Of a stretch of DNA of 32,000 nt, positions 30,169-32,000 are shown one piece after another; positions within the stretch are counted from its first letter, which is position 1, and every line of letters starts with the position of its first letter. The notes beneath the pieces were generated by a model, which saw only the letters and a program-made list of their open reading frames with translations, had not been told where the DNA came from and ran no database searches. A program made the translations under genes and the position numbers. The DNA comes from Longivirga aurantiaca (GTDB taxonomy: Bacteria; Actinomycetota; Actinomycetes; S36-B12; CAIYMF01): positions 1,779,876 to 1,811,875 of the forward strand of contig NZ_JBHSTI010000008.1 in assembly GCF_042660085.1 (NCBI RefSeq), in the 5' to 3' direction.

Positions 30169-31271
30169 GAGGTTCCTCCAGCGGTCGTGGCGCCCGTGAC
30201 GGCCTCGAGCACCAGTGCCCTCAGTCTCTCGTCCGCATCGCGCTGACCGTGGGAGGCGGCCGCGTCCTCCATGGCGTGGCGCTGGTCGGCGTCGAGCAGG
30301 AGCGGCGCGACGAGGGCCACGAGCCGGTCGGCATCGAGATCGGCGTCGTCCACCAGCAGCCCTCCCCCGGCGTTGACGACGGGCAGCGCGTTGAGGCGCT
30401 GCTCGCCGTTGCCGATCGGCAGCGGGACGTAGATCGCGGGCAGCCCGACGGCGGCGAGCTCGGCGCAGGTCATGGCACCCGCGCGGCAGAGCGCGACGTC
30501 GGCAGCGGCGTACGCGAGGTCCATGCGGTCCACGTAGGGCAGCGGCACGTACGGCGCCGGGCCGGTGGGGCCCGACGGCCGCTGGTCGTCGTTCTTCAGG
30601 CCCGCCGCGTGCAGCACCTGGATGCCCTGCGCGGTGAGTCGCTCGACGGCGCCCACGGTGGCGGCGTTGAGGCTGCGGGCGCCCTGAGACCCGCCGAAGA
30701 CCAGCAGCGTGGGGCGGTCCTGGTCGAGACCGAAGGCCGCCCGTGCCTCGGCCTGCACCATCGCCCGGTCGAGCCGCGCGATCGCGGGGCGCAGCGGCAT
30801 GCCGATGTGGCGCGATCCGGGGATGGCGTCCGGCACCGCGCTGCCGACGTACGACGTGAAGCGCGCACCCACCTTGTTGGCCAGCCCCGGCCGCGCGTTG
30901 GCCTCGTGGATCACGATGGGGACGCGCCCGCGGGCTGCGAGGTACGCCGGCAGCGCGACGTAGCCGCCGAACCCGACCAGGACGTCCGCGCCGGTGTCGT
31001 CGAGCACGGCGCGCACCTCGCGCACCGAGCGGCGCACCGCGGTGGGCAGCCGCACCAGCTCGCCGGAGGGCCGTCGCGGCATCGGCGTCGGCGTGATGAG
31101 CCTGAGGTCGTAGCCGCGCTCGGGGACGAGGCGGGTCTCGAGTCCGCGCTCGGTGCCGAGGAGCGTGATGCCGACGGCGGGGTCGTGCCGCCGCAGGCAG
31201 TCGGCCGTGTTGAGCGCGGGCTCGACGTGGCCCGCCGTGCCGCCTCCGGCGAGGACGACGTGCACGGTCAC
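30165..31271 (-). CDS. murG: UDP-N-acetylglucosamine--N-acetylmuramyl-(pentapeptide) pyrophosphoryl-undecaprenol GlcNAc transferase
   Basis: From GTG 31271 (GTGA overlap with ftsW stop): [31 protein letters not shown]...[35 protein letters not shown]...[13 protein letters not shown]...[34 protein letters not shown]. Confidence 0.98.
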   Translation of the reverse strand: MTVHVVLAGGGTAGHVEPALNTADCLRRHDPAVGITLLGTERGLETRLVPERGYDLRLITPTPMPRRPSGELVRLPTAVRRSVREVRAVLDDTGADVLVGFGGYVALPAYLAARGRVPIVIHEANARPGLANKVGARFTSYVGSAVPDAIPGSRHIGMPLRPAIARLDRAMVQAEARAAFGLDQDRPTLLVFGGSQGARSLNAATVGAVERLTAQGIQVLHAAGLKNDDQRPSGPTGPAPYVPLPYVDRMDLAYAAADVALCRAGAMTCAELAAVGLPAIYVPLPIGNGEQRLNALPVVNAGGGLLVDDADLDADRLVALVAPLLLDADQRHAMEDAAASHGQRDADERLRALVLEAVTGATTAGGTS

Positions 31272-32000
31272 TTCCCCTTGAGCGGGTGCGGCGCCGGACG
31301 TCCGGCCTCCGCGCGTGCGAAGGCCATGAGCATGCCGAGGGCCACGAGCGTGGGGATGAGCGAGGAACCGCCGTACGACACGAGCGGGAGCGGCACGCCC
31401 GTGATGGGGATGAGCCCGAGGACCGCGCCCATGTTGAGCAGCGCCTGGGTCAGGATCCAGGCGACCACGGCTGCCGAGGCGCTGCGCACGAACGGGTCCA
31501 CGGTGGTCCGCGCGAGGCGGAGCCCCGCGATGCCGATCGCGGTGAAGAGGCCGAGCACGATCAGCGACCCGAGGATGCCGAGCTCCTCGCCGACGACGGC
31601 GTAGATGAAGTCGGTGTGCGCCTCGGGCAGCCAGTCCCACTTCTCGCGGGAGGCTCCGAGGCCGACGCCGAACCAGCCGCCGCCGCTCATGGCGTTCTGG
31701 CCGCGCAGCAGCTGCCATCCGCTGTTCAGCGGGTCGGCGGACGGGTCGAGCCACGCGGAGAAGCGCTTGAGCCGGTAGGCCTGGGCGTAGCTCAGCACGG
31801 CCACGCCGGCGAGCAGCACGATCCCGCCGCCGAAGAAGAGCCGGAACGGTGCCCCGTTGACCCAGAGCATGGCGGCCACCATCGGCACGAGGATGAGCGC
31901 CGTGCCGAAGTCGCCCTCGAGCAGGACGAGGCCGATGATCGTGAGCGACACCGGCATCAGCGGCACGAGCAGGTGCTTCCACTGGTCGAGGAGCGGCTGC
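31268..32000 (-). CDS. ftsW: Peptidoglycan polymerase FtsW (SEDS family; N-terminus outside the window)
   Basis: C-terminal part: [43 protein letters not shown]...[75 protein letters not shown]...[24 protein letters not shown]. Confidence 0.97.
   Translation of the reverse strand, partial: QPLLDQWKHLLVPLMPVSLTIIGLVLLEGDFGTALILVPMVAAMLWVNGAPFRLFFGGGIVLLAGVAVLSYAQAYRLKRFSAWLDPSADPLNSGWQLLRGQNAMSGGGWFGVGLGASREKWDWLPEAHTDFIYAVVGEELGILGSLIVLGLFTAIGIAGLRLARTTVDPFVRSASAAVVAWILTQALLNMGAVLGLIPITGVPLPLVSYGGSSLIPTLVALGMLMAFARAEAGRPAPHPLKGK

Overview
High-GC actinobacterial chromosome segment (gene order resembles Cellulomonadaceae/Promicromonosporaceae-type genomes; inference only). It is mostly core genome. 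From left to right: a partial dienelactone hydrolase and a leftward his operon (hisD-hisC-hisB-orf-hisH-orf-priA); a LON-domain protein, an Imm5-like protein and YbaK; a conserved hypothetical, a mini DivIVA-domain ORF and an AspT/YidE-type transporter; dnaE; an aldo/keto reductase; an internally deleted M20 amidohydrolase coupled to a GNAT; a Ddn-like F420 enzyme; rluD-type synthase and lspA; a DksA/TraR-type zinc-finger protein with a long Ala/Lys/Pro tail; yggU; a T-box leader plus ileS; and the division cluster (divIVA, yggT, sepF, yggS, pgeF, ftsZ, ftsQ, murC, murG, partial ftsW). I found no CRISPR, tRNA, rRNA, IS element, prophage or clear defence island. I do not claim a new multi-gene system. 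The best second-look items are: (1) the ileS T-box, with a canonical full-length Stem I, AUC specifier and a visible antisequestrator/sequestrator switch over the Shine-Dalgarno; (2) an in-frame internally deleted M20D amidohydrolase; (3) a perfect 9-bp inverted repeat abutting the hisD start codon; (4) nested palindromes and 30-bp-phased repeats upstream of ftsZ; (5) the histone-H1-like tail on the DksA-type protein; (6) an orphan Imm5-like protein and a WNSNS-motif conserved hypothetical.
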